A stretch of DNA of 64,000 bases from Acanthaster planci (Eukaryota): NCBI RefSeq assembly GCF_001949145.1, contig NW_019091355.1, positions 1,759,107 through 1,823,106 of the forward strand, in the 5' to 3' direction. The position numbers and the translations under genes were made by a program. The notes under the pieces were generated by a model. That model saw only the letters and a program-made list of their open reading frames with translations. It searched no databases and was not told where the DNA came from. Shown here piece after piece: positions 40,101-55,100 of this stretch; the first letter of the stretch is position 1; every line of letters starts with the position of its first letter.

Positions 40101-43100
40101 AAGATTCAAGGAATGCTGGGGTTTAAAGTCATCCCAAGCAACTCAGTTACAAGTACATTTACCTGCTCCTGCTACACAAATCCTTGTCTCAATGTCAGTC
40201 TCACAAGCTATCAAACACACCGACATTATGCAAAGACATTCCTTTGTCACTGCTCACTCACTCACTGACTGTGAAACTATTTGTAACTGTGCTCCGCAAA
40301 ACTACTGTGAAGTACCCGAACAGTACACGACTTCAGTGCTGGAAGTAACCCAAACATCAGGTGCCAACGGATCATAGAATAGTTCTCACCTCTGCTTTTG
40401 TCTTGTCTAATGTTGGGGGTGGGTCCCTATAGTTGTAGATCTTGTCACTTCCCGACGAGTGCCGACTTGGCTTGGACCCTAGCCAACAAAGAAAAACACA
40501 AGGAATTGTCACCAGAAGCACTTAATGCAATCTTACCAGGGCATGTGCCTATCTAATGAGGCTGCGCTGAAGACTTGAAAGTATTAGGACAATCTAAGTT
40601 ATTTTCTTAAGGGTTATGATTAACCCAGGCAATAAAAAACTTAAAATTCTGTCGATTGTTACCTGGTTACTGCAACTACTTTGTAGGACAGCATGAACGT
40701 TGAAAGTTGAGTGTTTTATTGCACAAAGCATTTTAACACCATGGTCTCAGCGTCATGTGTATTAAGTAAAATGCATTTTATTAAAAAAAATACTACCAAC
40801 TTGTAACAAATAATCAAACCAAACCACCCTGTGCACCATTCGTCAGGTATGACTACCCACTACTATTATAAACAAGGTTTTTAAAGCAAAGCCACTGTTC
40901 GTAACATATTATTGGCTTAGCATCATTATATTGGGTCACTGGCACAGATGAATGAAAAAAAGGAAGTCCAGTCGGGTTGGCTTGCGTAATGTATTGATAA
41001 AGAAAAGGTTCAGTATTGCACTAGGGGACTTTTAACCTGTTTCCTTTTGGGAAAGATAAATTTCTAAAGGTTATTTAATGTAATGCCCAAATTTGTAGGC
41101 TTGAGGTTTGTTTTATTCAAGGCAAAATATTTGACTTGAGCCTCTTTTATATTAGCTTGGTACCCATATCAAATAGAATGGTAACATTTTACTTCCATGT
41201 TCTGAGTATTGGTATTTTGATGTAAGAACCTCGCTTACTGACAGTGGTGGGTAGTTGCATTGGGTGACTTACGCAAAAGAGATAAAAAGGACAGGGGACA
41301 GATAATTACAACTGCTGGCTTGTGCCTTCATAGCACCAAGGTTAAAACTGGTTGGTATATGTTTCCATATAAATGGTATCAAAGGTAAAACTTATAAATG
41401 GAACCATTTTGGTTTAAGTTGAATTTATATTTGACCAAAGCAGAATTTGGAACCACACTTTAGAATCTACACTGTCATTACAGGCACGTCTCTGACGTTG
41501 GTCAAACTGCAAGCAGAACAGCAAGTAGTGTTCCAGAGGGTAGTCAACTGCTCGGCCCCGGCCAAACATTCTTCACAAAGTCAGACATGTTGGGTCATGG
41601 CTACGACTGGTTTCAGATCTATGCCACTACACGTAGCCCTGAAACTTTTCTGTTAGGCTACCAGCACTGGCAAAATTTGACGACTGGTTCCCCGTCCAGT
41701 TTATACTTGTAGTTCCATGTGTTTGTTGCTCAGTTAAAACAGCAACTGATGACTGGTTCCCTGCATGCTGTACACACGAAGAATTGTAAAACTCCACAAG
41801 TATTGTCCTTTCACCAGATGTTCAGACATGTTCTGGAACAGCAACTGACGTAAACTTGTGCCTGGTTACCAGTTGTGTTAAAAGTGCAGAACATACAAGT
41901 ACATGTACTCTTGGTTGGTTGAACATCTCAGACACATTTCAGAAGATGTGCTATAACACTGGGGTCAGTTGATCTTGTGCAAACATTCCTCGGCTATGTT
42001 GAATGTTCCGGAAGGCTACCTCAGGAAGAGAGCTAAACCTGAAACTCAAGATGGCCACTGATGATGTCACAAGCCACTGCTGGAGGCCAACATATATATA
42101 TCCCCGTGCTGCACAGACAAGTCTGGAGGGCAAAGGCATAGCCCAGCAGAAATGCTCTTGAAGAGAGATATTTCAGATGAAGTTACTGGGGCCGAGCAGC
42201 AAAGTTATATCTCTGGCTGGCTATACCACAATGCAGCCAAAATGACCTCTGGCAAACTTTAACCTTTACACTGTTATCCAACCAAACATTAATTTAACAG
42301 GGTCAGCAGCACACATAACGGCAGCTTCTCTCATCTTGTACACATTCCGATAGCTGTCAAACCAGTATCATGTTCCTTGATCCTTCTGTCTGTGCCCTCG
42401 ACAGTGCACCACCCTAAAAGCATTCGTTCACTAACTTCCTCATACTTTGCAGTCGCTCTGACATGCATTACAAAACTCACACAATTCTTTGCAAATGTGA
42501 GACGCACAATTTTTGGCAGCATTGCATTATAGCCCACTTATCAAAACATGGCATCTGTCTACTGAATTCTAATGCACCAAAAAAGGCTGCCGGTAATTTA
42601 ATTCTGACAGATCAAAGTTTACACCAGGCAATTAGCAAGTAGGGAACAATTTTTTTTGGCCTTGCTTCAAATATTAACCAATGTACCTTGCTTGAGTGAC
42701 TGACAAGCCTACGGTATGAAAGGCGTTAGCAAGGCTACACTTGATTCTTTTGACCTAGGAGTTGGGATACTTCACCCTGTCTGAAGATGAGAAACAGCTA
42801 CAGTGCTATGCACTATACATATATGGTGAGCGAACGGGATTGTCTTACTGACACACATACTAATGGGTAGGGTTCATTTGCTCCTTGGGGTTACTGAGTG
42901 CACGGGCATACACGTATAGATATCGATAAAATATTGTTTGATTTTGGCAAAGGTACCGGCACTTGAATTACGCAGACTAATGTCGCCATCGTAGGTTTCT
43001 CTAGAATTTAGCAATGCTGTCTGTGCAACTCCCTACAGTTGTTGTGCAAAAGTTAGACATTCAAAATTGGTTATTTACCACAAATGTCACTCATATTGTT

Positions 43101-46100
43101 TAAATTGATATGACTGATGCACTCCACCGAGTTGTAGTCAAGTCTGGTCCAAAGCATAGCAACATTTAGGCACAACTGAAATCACAAGTCTGATCACAAG
43201 TAACAGGGGATGAACAGTAAAAAAAGAATGCCTTTTGGACAGTTCATTTCAGTGAACAGCTTGTGACCTGGGTCTGAATGACAGGAGCTTGTAAGGGCTT
43301 GCAAGAACTTATACAAGGACTTGTGATCAACTTGACTGCTACACTGTGAACCACAAACTTGCCTTGCTGAACCAACCTTGTCAGAAGGTAACCCCTATGC
43401 TTGGGTCATCTCACTCTGACATTTTCCAGAATCAAGCGCTGGTGATCAGCATGCCAGCTGGTGGTAACATTAGCCGTGCTGATCTGTGTCAGCAGCATTT
43501 TGCCTGAACTTTAGCTGCCTCCCTGTCTGCTGCATGCAGTGCAGGGATTTACGGCATAAACTTCATGGGACTACACAAAACAACTGTGTTCCTCCATCCA
43601 CACTTCATCTTAGTCCAACAGCTCAATCCTCATTTTTGACAAACACACTCTTTCTAAAATCTAAGTGCCCTCTTGGTCCTGTTTGTGTGTCAGAATAGTT
43701 ACACAGCAATAAGACCCCAATATAAACATTGAATACATAACACTTCTCCATAGCCACACTCATTCAATATTAGGCATGTCACGGCAAACCATCAAAAGCA
43801 ATCTTAGGGTGGCCCAAAAGTAGGTTTTCAGGCTAAGTGGTCTTTAAAATAACTTGGCCTCACAAGTAGACAGGTCCATGTTTACAGGCAGGGTTTTAAC
43901 AGGGACTTGTGGGTAATTGAAAGGACTGGTTCTGTTGCATGAAGTGATAGGGAAAGTAATTGGAACGAAATGTCAAAGATGGCATTTTGAAAACCTTACA
44001 TGTATGAGTACACATACTGGGTTTAAATAAGATTGGACGATCTTAGCCGAACTGAGTGCATAAAATGTTTCCAAATAAGTGTACGTGCAATTGAAGTCAT
44101 TTTTTTGGGGTGACAATTGACTCAGATCAAAATAAACAAGTCATCAAGGACTGAATAAGCTAGAGCAATCAATCGGAGTCATTGCATGTAGCTACACTTA
44201 TGAGAAATTACTTGGTATTTATAAAACTGAAATGCTGCAGAAAAATGAAGCAGTTCTTTTGGAACTGTGAAACTTTGCATTCCTTTCTTGAAAGAACCAT
44301 ATGTGGTAAGAATTATTACCAAAGGTAGCATGCATTAGAAAAATCCAAAATTCAGAAGGTATAAAGGCCTAGTATTAATGAAAACTGAATGGCCTTACTC
44401 CTACTCCGTAAAACATTTGTACATGTAAAAATGTCTATATTTTTGGCATTCCTAGAAATCACTATAAGGCACTTTGAGAGTCAATACTTTCATACAAAGC
44501 CAGATCGCGATCAGTGATCTGTTGGTTCACTGACTTTAAAACCTACATGTACCTAATGGATGGAGTGAACCAGCGATGGGATCACTGATTGAGATCTAGA
44601 GCTGTCTGAACAAATGGGCCCACGGATCAAACTTTATGCTACTAAACAGCTGTTGCACATGGCACGGCTTCTATCAGTTAAAAGAATACCATGAAGCATT
44701 ACTAGATAGGGAAATCAAGATGTATTTACTTTGGCCTTTTTCATTTGAATCTCCATCAGCCTGGCTGTGTACCATCATTTGTCCCTGAGCGAGTATCACT
44801 GAGTCTGCCTCGGTTTGAGGTCCATTCCCCTGGGGGACGGTGTGACTTGGGGGTTCTGTCAGTGGTTGCATCATGGGTGACGGCACTGGATTCACTGAGG
44901 GTGCTGTCCTGTATTTGTCAACAGACACTGTTTCCCTTTGCGGATTTGTCATTTGCTGCGCCATTGCTACTTTGGCATGCTGTCTCTGGGGTTCTGTCAT
45001 CTGGTGCCCCTGGGTTACTGACACATGATGCTTGTTAGGTACATGTACCTTGCCTTGCTGAGGTATTAATGAGTGTTGATGCTGGGGTGAGGAAAGCTGA
45101 TTCCCTACGGGTTCTACCACATTGTTCCTCTGGGGTTGTGGCACCTGTTGTCCATGGGGATTTGTCCCCTGTTTTCCCTTGGGTTGTCCTACCACAGGAT
45201 GTCCCTTACAGACTGGTTGTTCATGTGCTACTCTCACTAGATGGTCCAGTGGCACTGTGGCACCTTCTTGTTTCACCTGAGATTGAGATGGGTTGTTTGT
45301 TCTTGTCACTGTTACTTTGTGGGTATCTGTCACCGGCTGTATGAGGGTTGCTTTCACAGGTTGGACCTTCCATGGTATTTTGTATGAATCAGCTTTATTA
45401 GGCCCCTGCACATCATTTCCAGTGTTAACAGACTTCGCTGCACATCCACTTGTCCGGGATGATCGCTGAGGCTTCACAGGTGGCCCTGATGTGGTGGTCG
45501 CAGGCGAAGCGGGTACTGGCATGTTCACTTTCTTCTGATCAGCAAACTTCCCGATGTCCAGACTCTTGAGGAGTGCATCCAGGGCTCGCAAATCTGGGTC
45601 TGTACAGTGGCGGCGGTCTGTCCTCCCACGGGGTGCCTTGGGAGGTCGGAGGTCATCTGTGCTGCCGTACCTGGGGGTGTACTGGGCCATCTCAAAGCTG
45701 GGATTGTTGCAGAAGAGGCCCCGCTTGGGTTTGTTACTGAAAGGAGAATCCCGCATGAATATCATCTCGGCAGCTTCCTCATCCTGTCCTCTCTTTCACT
45801 CAAGGTGCACTCAGCCTGCCAGGCTAGAAATCCGAGCCTGGGCATATGAGGACGGCTGACCTGATGAGCAGTTGGCAGCTGGTGACAGGGCTGCATCCCA
45901 CGAACCGGCTGGAAATTATGCCGCCATGGCTGGATCAACATCCCTGGGCTAAAGGATTAGAAGAGTCTGAGAGCAGATGCTGTAGAATTGCCTGTCTTCT
46001 CTTTCTCCAATTGTAAAGAAAACATGTGCTGGGAGTTGAACACTGATATCCTATTGCTTGGTTTGTAACCTTAAAGGAACGCTGCATCACTGAACTTCAC

Positions 46101-49100
46101 CAATGAGCACGTCCCATATTGAAGACCGGCACTTACACCAAAACGTGAATGGCTTCAGAACAAATCTCTCAATGTCAGAAGTAACGATATCTATCTCCTC
46201 TGGTCAAAGCATTACAGGCCAGTGTTTTTGTAGGATACTGAGGTTACTCCTTCATGAGATATCAAGGGAGCTTGTAATTGGTTTATCTACGTTGAAGGCA
46301 CTTGATGCTATATTTGTACCAACAGCTGCACGAGTTGAGAGACAAGTTAAAGAGAACCATGCTCATGTCCAGAATGCTAGTTCTCAGAGATGTTATGTGA
46401 TATGCTTGAATCGAATAAAACACAGTTGCTTGAACTGAAACATTTCTTTCATGGGCTAGTTGAACCCTGACAAAAACTGTTTATAGTTGCAGGTCAGCTG
46501 TCAGAATAATCGGCGAGACTTTGAAGTGGCTGGTGTCACCAGAAGATCTCAACTTGTAGTTGTGCTGGTTGGGTGCAAATTGAACAGCCAAGGTGTTGAT
46601 TTAGACAAAGCGATAGGAGGCAACTGCACAGTTCACTGACCGCTGATATAAGCCTCAATAAGCTGTTACTTTTCAAACTCGCTACACATGAATTTAACAA
46701 GGATATCCTTCATCAACTTAATTTACAGTTGTCTATGAGCACATCTGATGTAAACCTCTTTCTTAACAGGCATCACAAATCAGCACCCAGTTTCTACAGA
46801 TTCATCTGATCTCTCCGGCTCCAAATGCACTCCTCATAAAGACATTACCTTTCATCTCCATATGAGATGCTTTGAATAATCTTGAGAATTTCCAACCTGC
46901 GTGCCTGTAAGTGATTTCCCAGTTTCTGGCCACTGAGACAAAAAAAAAGAGAACTAAAGCCACTTCTTCCTGAATGCATTGGATGGCACGGTGGGGCGCT
47001 GCCCACACAGACATATGCTGGCAATTCACATGCAAAACCAATGTGCAGTCGAGCGAGAAGTCTAGATTCCAAACCCAGGTTCAGATGATCTGTTCTGTTT
47101 GGTATGTTGCCTTGCCCTGCAGTAAATTCAAGCTGTAAATTCTTACGGCAGAATCAACATTTCAAGATGCCAGTGACAGGGAAGATACAGTTGCAGAAAT
47201 TTACACCAACATGAGCTGGGTGTACATGTATCTTTCAGAACCACTGCTGTGTAGTTTATGAGTTAGTCTCAGCAGAGCAGAGAGCATCCTTGGATAAATT
47301 TCAATGATATGCACTTTGATGCAAGCGCAGCTCTTACATCTTAATTAAGTCCAACTGTGTCTTCCCCTTGGGGCAGGTGAACTTGTTCATAACTCAAGCA
47401 CAGGCTCCATGATGAACATTGTAGTGCGGGGAAAAAGCCGTACTGCAGACAGCATTTAGACCATGGCGCAAGGACACCAATCTTGGAGCCAGAGTCTGAA
47501 GAATTAGGAATTAGAGATTTTAATCAGTACCACTTTGATTTGACTTGCAAGTCTCCAAGCAAAGATACTGTTCATGATCAGGGGGGAAATATTCCAACCA
47601 CAGCAGAAAATTGGAGTGATCGCAGGGATGCAAAGTTGCAATCTGGAGAGTACTGGTTCCAATCCAGACTTCCTTACGTTCAGCATTAATTCATCTCGCA
47701 ATGCTTAACAGCCACACAAGTCCAGCTTCCAGGATCATATGATGCCACCCAAACCACACATGCTGACAGTTTTAACTGAGGATTACTGGCTCTAAGCCAG
47801 GTCAGTCTGGCTCACTTATTATGATGATAATTGTTCTCCCTCCAGAGCTTCAAACTCCAAAGTACATCACAGTCAGTGACTTGAAGGCTGTGTTCTTTCC
47901 CCACAAATGTGGCAAGACTGCTCCTTCAGTACATTTAATCTCTTGCTCATACACACATTGCCTTGACTGATAAGTTCAATCCAATGCTTGAAACTAGTAC
48001 GTCATTTGAAACAGAACAAGCGACAGAATAAAAGCAGCAGGCTCTCCAACCCTTATCGTGACCAGGAATTCCAGGTCAGGCCAGGACTCGAGTGCCACTG
48101 CCTGGTAATTGAAAAGTCTGGTGATCTCACCGACACGTAGGAGGAAAGAAATTTTGGCATCTCAGTAGGGAAGAAATTTGCTGATAAATTCCTATTTTTT
48201 TTCCTTTCCCAGAGTTAATTTTTTCCCGGGTGTCGGAGCTTGTTGAGTTGGAAATAACTGTGATGGGTAGGAGTGGTTGAGCCGTGATAACGGAATTCAA
48301 GCCCTTTGACAGGTTTATTGGTGTCATTGACCGGGGTTGCCGATAGTTCACGCAGTCTTATCAAGAATGTCACAATTCGGAATACATTTTAAAATATAAA
48401 GTGCTCTACCATAGACTGAGAAGAATCCAACTTTGCTTTGAAGGCTTTCGATCATCAATCAGATTTTTGCAAATACAAAAACTGACCAAGCTTAAACATT
48501 ACATTCTAAGCTTGTCCACTCATTCTTCTGTCAATTTCTATAGTCCTCTTTAAGTGGTCATTGAAAAGGACCCACAATGTAAGGAATTTTCTAGTAGAAG
48601 AGAAAACTACTGACCTCCAAGGTATCACTTGTTACTCTTGATGAATTTTAAATAAACAGTAAATAACAAAAATAACATAAAAAGAAAATTCGATAAACTA
48701 CCTTAAATAGGTACAAACCAAAAGGTTGATGCTCACAAGAAATAACACGAAATGTATATCAAAATCTGACCATTCATAAAAATAACACAGAATACGCTAT
48801 GCTATATGTGCATCAATGCATCTATCCTTTTTCCAAACTAAAAAAAAATTCTTTAAATATCTTGGCCTTTTTAGATCTTATCAACAAGCAAGCCAGCTGA
48901 GTTTGGAATGCAGTGATATTTTTCAGGGGAAACTGTTTCTTGCACATATTATATCAAGGGCTGTAAAGGTTATCGTACTTAAAATGCAATGCGATCTTAT
49001 CAAATAAGGCTGAAATATATTTTTTGTGTTCAGAACAAATCAGTTTACATGTTGACATCATTTTGGTTATACCGGTGTTGCTTTCAGTTATTTCAAAACA

Positions 49101-52100
49101 AATACTCCTTCACTTTATTGATTTTTTATGTGGTTCACTACCTATTAGTTCTCTCCATCACTGCTTTTTGTACACTTCCGTTCCTCCCTTGAGCAAAACT
49201 TCTTAAAATTTGTCACATGGAAGAACTGACTACAGCTTTCCCAGTCCATGCCAGCAAGTTCTCAGCCAGCTCATTAGGCATTATATTCCAAAAACAACTA
49301 CTACACTAAACACTACATTAAAATTGAGCAGTACTCAAAAAGCTAATGGTTGTGACTTTAATTTCATTTTGACTGACTTCTCGGACATTAAGCAGGGAAA
49401 GAAACATTTCCCTCTATTAATATACTCTGCAGCAACCTTTAAAGGGAAATGTTAAGTGAATATATATTTGATTCACACTTACCTGCAAGGATATAGAAAA
49501 CACTCAAAACATAGCATGTACATGTAACGGTACATCAGCAGGTGTGAGATAAGAGCTTTGGAGGGCCCCATGGGGGTATTTTAGAGGGTCACTTTAGATC
49601 CCCTAAAATACCATTTTTGGTTTTCTTTATATCAGCTTTTATACAACAAAACACCCTTATGGTATTTGGAGGATTTTCCAGATTTGAAAAGAGGTTGATA
49701 AATTCACAAATACAGAAAATTCTGATGAAAAAATCCTGAAATCAGGAAAAATTCTCACTCCTGCATCAGTGATTCAATATCATCAGCATGTGGGTAAGTT
49801 AAACTATTCACAGCAATTGAAGCAAGATGAAAGCAAGAAAGCTGCAGAAGCCACTGAGTGTAATTAAGCAAAATGGGCTTACATGTACATCTTGGACCTG
49901 CTCGACGGACAAAGAAATTGCTTGACAAGAAACGTATGTGCTGAACAAAAATGGCTGAAAGCAATAACCACTGCATAACTGGTTGCTACCCATTTTCACT
50001 AAGCAAATATTTCTGGTGCTTAGCCAGTTTGTGGGCTTCTTAAAGTGGCACATGTAGTGGCTCTGACCGCACTTACACCCCTAAGATGCCCCATACTCGA
50101 AGGAGTGTGAGATCCGCAAAAAATCTCCAGTACAACTGTAATTTTGATTAAGCAAATGCATGTAATTAATACCATAAATGATGAAATTGAGAGCAACTAT
50201 AGCTTTAATTTTAGCCAATATTTTCCTCTATAGGGCCTTTCTCTGTATGCACCATATGCAACAAAATGCAACACATCTACAATAAGAACCATGCCGAATG
50301 CAACAACATGCTCGTTGCTCCTTGCCAATACTGAACAGCAGCTCTTTACATGCTGCATCCTGCCGCTGTACTTATGCTGCCTGTGAATACTTTACAACAC
50401 ATAGCTTGCTAACCGCTGCTGTATGCTGCGGCACTATAAGCAGAGTTTCAGAGAAGCAGCACTTGTCAACTTATGGCAGCACTGAATGTGGCCGGTATTA
50501 ATGAGTGGTAATAGCAGGTGCCCATCTAACATAAAAATTCAAAAAATTCCTAATCCACCTTTGAACAACTTGAGGATCCCTGATTGGACCTCTCACAACG
50601 TAAACAATTATGTCATGTGATGCTGATCGCTGACACTACATACATGAGGATTAATTTCTTGAACTGTGAGTGCACAATGAGGTCATGACATAATATGCTA
50701 TATTAGGAAATCAGATGAGGTTAGAGGTCAAAAGGCACTAGAAATACATGTAAGGGAGAAAATTAAGAAGGTAGAAAGCTCAGGGATTCCACTTATTTGG
50801 ATCACAGGACAGACAATCAGAGGTCACAGGTTAAGGGTCATAAGATCAAAGGACAGAGATAAGTAAGCCAGGGGGTTACTTTTGCAAGTTGAAAGTGTGA
50901 GTGAAATTCGGTGGGATGGTCTTGGAATATGGCATTTTAAAAGTGGATGGTGTAAAACCGATGCTTCATTGAGAAAAAAATGCTCATGGGAAAGAAAATT
51001 GAAAAATTTGCTTTCAAAGTTTGGATCAAGCATCTTATTAGATGAATTGCCTCTAAGCTGCTGAGTAACACTGCACGTGGGATTTCACAATTTAAAATAG
51101 CAAAATAATGCAGCAATTTGTGCAAACTTATGTAAATAATATGCAAATGTATGCACCTGTCGAGGGAGTCCTTTGAGGGGGTGGACTTTTGATGCCCAGA
51201 CGTTCGGCAGCGGACAGGCCGCTACTTTCGAGGGATCGTGACTTGGTCTTTGCCCGAGGCAAAGTTGAAGACTGTGGCCTGCTAGATGAACGAATGGGCT
51301 CCTCTGTTGTATGCAGAATGGGAAGAGGAGGATGTAAGGAGCTCTGTGATTGGCTACAAGCAGCTACAGTGACAACTGTAAAAGTTCTTATGTGTCAGAC
51401 TGTAATGGGTAAAGTGTTAATGATTTGGCAATAAGATCTATGTGGATTAACAGTAACAGTCTACTCAATGTAGTAATAGGAAACCAATTCAATTTTTATA
51501 TCGGTTTTGATTCACAAACCATGAAATGTGTGTAGAGGCGTAGAGGCAGGGATTTAACAGTGACATCCAACTTTTGTTTCTATGACTGAATTTACAGAAT
51601 AGGGGAATTTGTAATCACCAAATCAAACCAAACAATCATTGGCTGGTGGCAGTCACATGATCAGACCCACATATCCAATCAGATCAAAGGAATGTTTTGC
51701 AATCTGCATATATAAATACAAGGCTTGTTGCGCAGCAAAGGAAAGCACCCAAGATAGTAATAATAACTTCTTAAAATTCCAATTTAAGAAAATTCTTATA
51801 GAAAAATAAGTTGATGAAAATGGAGAGAAGGAAATGTGCAAAAATAATAGAAAACCAATGAAGAAACTAACACCAAAAGGAAGGGGTGACTATTTTTAAA
51901 CAAATAATGTTGCTACTATGGTACATAAATGCATCTAAAAAAATTCTGAAAAAAGCCAAACTAGTTTTCAAAATGCAAGAATCATTTTATAAAGTACAAA
52001 CTAAAGTGAACATGTCTGAATATTAGCTGTTTGTAAATATTAAATTTGTTTCAGCTTTTGTCGTGAAAAACAGTAAAAAGCAAACAGCCCCCTTTAAGAA

Positions 52101-55100
52101 ATATTTTAAACACTCATGAAAAAACTGCAGGAATTATGGATTACAATGGCAAGATTTTGAAAAAAAATATTTGTTATTTCTACCCAGCTTATCCAAAAAA
52201 AATGAGAAATACTGTTTGGGTGGGAACTTCACGCAGAAGTTAAGACGGCCTTGAATAAAATAAGCTTGCTTTTTGAATGTTTGACAGTAGTTTAGAAAAA
52301 CAACAATAAAACCTCAATTAAAATAAAATAGTTCTGATCGAGAAAGGTACCAAAAGGGACACTTTGGGTCAGAATTTGTCAGTGGAATTGTTGAGCCTCT
52401 ATATATCCTCTCTACACACATGGTTTGTCAATCAAGCAATCAAATATTCAAAAATGAAACCACCAGTGACAGTTCCATGCATCCATAACCACATACATGT
52501 ACATGAAACAAATGCACTGTAAGCAAACAAAATATAGCCTCACTGGGGGGGAAGAGAATCATCTGCATGCAAATAAAAATAGAAACAAAATGGCTGCCCC
52601 TTTCCCACAATTCCACCCTGGCCACAGATTATGGTGTACAGAAACATACCTTGTCAATGAACACAGTAACAGATATACCGGTACACATATTTTATGCCAT
52701 CCTACAGTGTACTTTCACCAAGAATGAGAAACTGCAGCTGAAGTTCAACACTGGACACTGAATGTATTTCTGAATACATTAGCATCCTTGAATATTTCAC
52801 AAATTATCTTCAAACACAAAGACTGTGCAGGGCTTAACTTCCATGACAAGTGCAAACAACTTCCAAGTATTTTTCAATTCTTTTTATGAACACAGAGTTG
52901 ACCAACAAACTTAAAGGAACAAACAATTTCTTTCTGCGCTTCTTCAATTTTCAAAGTTTAGAATGTTTATACCAGGCTGATGTAAATGAAATGTATTCCA
53001 ACATAGGCAGCATATTGGCTAAACTCAGAAGCAGAGCAACAGTCGGATATTTAGAATGATTAATATAATGTCAAGGAAAGCATCATGCATGTTTCCTTTC
53101 AGACACACTGTAAAACTCTGTGTTTCCCATTAAAACAAGTGACACATGGAAATGTCTACCAACGTTCCTGAAGTGTTCAATACTTTGCCAACAGATAATA
53201 GCAAAGCAATTTAAAAGAGAGCATGGAATGCATTTTTGCAGCATTCTGTAATTAGCCTTGGAAGGATATATTTGAGTTACAAACCAGAAGTGGCCAACTG
53301 TAAACTGTATGCATTTTTCCAAATTGCATGGCTCAAACCCGTTGTGGCCACATTTCTATAAATTATGATAAAAAATACGGCAATAGTGTTTGATATTCAA
53401 GAGAAAAAGCTTTGTTTTTCAAAAACTACGTAAATACTAAACACATGCACTGCAACGGGCACATAAAACTGCAAAGAAAGCAAAATACAAATGAAACATG
53501 CAAAATGACAAAGCATGCAACCCAAAATACACCATAGCACTACCAAATGAAAACTTCTTACAAGCTCAGAGACACCAGAAAAGAATAAGGATTACAACAG
53601 AAAAACTGATGCTTATCTATTTTTTCACAAGAAAGACCATTTTGAATACCAACTACATGTACATCTGACAATTACTATACTGACTCCACAAGGCACATGT
53701 CATGAAGTTTCAAAAACTGATTAGTAACCTTTCAATCTGGGGCTTTTCCTCTGCTGCGGCAAGGTCGATGACTTTTGGGGAACCAAGGCATCCCCCTTAA
53801 GCGCCCTGGGACTCGGATACCCGCTTGAAGGGAGGGGACTCTGCGATTCGTCCACAGGGTGTCCCCGAGGATATTTTGGAGGAGTCTTTGAATGGGCCTT
53901 AGACTGGGGAAGTGCATAGGACTTGGCCTGGACTGCCTTTATATTTGCCGGAGAGTCTACCCTCTGCCTCAAATTTTGGACCGATCTATTTTTGGGATGT
54001 TCAGGAGGTGCTTGTGTTTGATAATCTGTGAGTCTGGGCCTTGAGTGAGTGTGCTGAGATGAGTGTGAGTCATATTTTTGAGGCTCTGGAGACAGAGCCT
54101 GAAGGGTGCTGTAAGACTCGGACCAATCATTTGTTGGGGTAAGATCACAGGAATTTGGATTTTCTCTGTTGGGAGGAGGCCCCTGCTCTGGAATGACACC
54201 AGACTGATCTTCTCCTATGTATCTGGTTGGGATGTAGGTGTCCCAGTAGAAGACGTTTTCCGATTCTAGCTCAGGCCATTGGCTGTGTGGTTTGTGTTGC
54301 CTGAGCCTCGAAGAAACTCCTTGGCTGGTGTCACGTGCTAGATACCAGCGATTCCGGATGGAAGAGTCGTCATCAAGGTAATCCTGACTGGGGGTTGGGC
54401 TTGGGGAGTACGAACAGGACGGGGTGAATGTGTCCTGTGGAGAATCAGGAGGATTGCTGTCAGTAACGTCCAAATCTTTCAGATTAAGATGGAGTTCAGA
54501 TGCCCTGTTGCTGTCCTGGTGGAGTTGGCTACCCTCAACAGCTTTGCCCCTCTGTCTGCTTAAACTACTGGCACTCTGCTCAGTTTGAGGGTGACTGTGA
54601 CAATGAGTGGATTCCATCGTGGGATAAGACTTGAAAGGTTGTACATCACTCTCTGCCTTTTTGGCACCATCTAACACTTCCTCTTTTCTGTGGATAGGGA
54701 TGTCCCTTGCCAGTCCAGGAAGCAAAGGACTGATACTTCTGGAAGCAACTGGGGTGTACTCCTCATTGCTCTCAGAGCGGGGAGATACCAACTCTGCAGA
54801 TGACTTCAAAGCCTGTGTATCACCCCGTATTAATCTGGGTCTGTCCGCATCTGTCCAATGTCGAGCACCAGCGATGTCATACCTGCTGATACTAGGAGGC
54901 AAGGGACTGACGTTCCTTGAAGGGACTGGTGTTCGTTCCTCATAAACCTCATCAGTGGAGAAAGCATACCTAGTGATCACTCTCTCAGGTTGGTCAGGCT
55001 TCTGGGATTTCAAAAGGGGCCTTTTGCCCCAGTCAACACCAGAGCAATCAGCACTGGCAGAGACACTCCTTAGTTGATCCACTACTCCTGCGGGGGGCAT

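Noticed and set aside
42686..42782. Additional SORBS exon near 42.7 kb
   Set aside because: Candidate acceptors give stops or phases incompatible with the flanking phase-1 exons.
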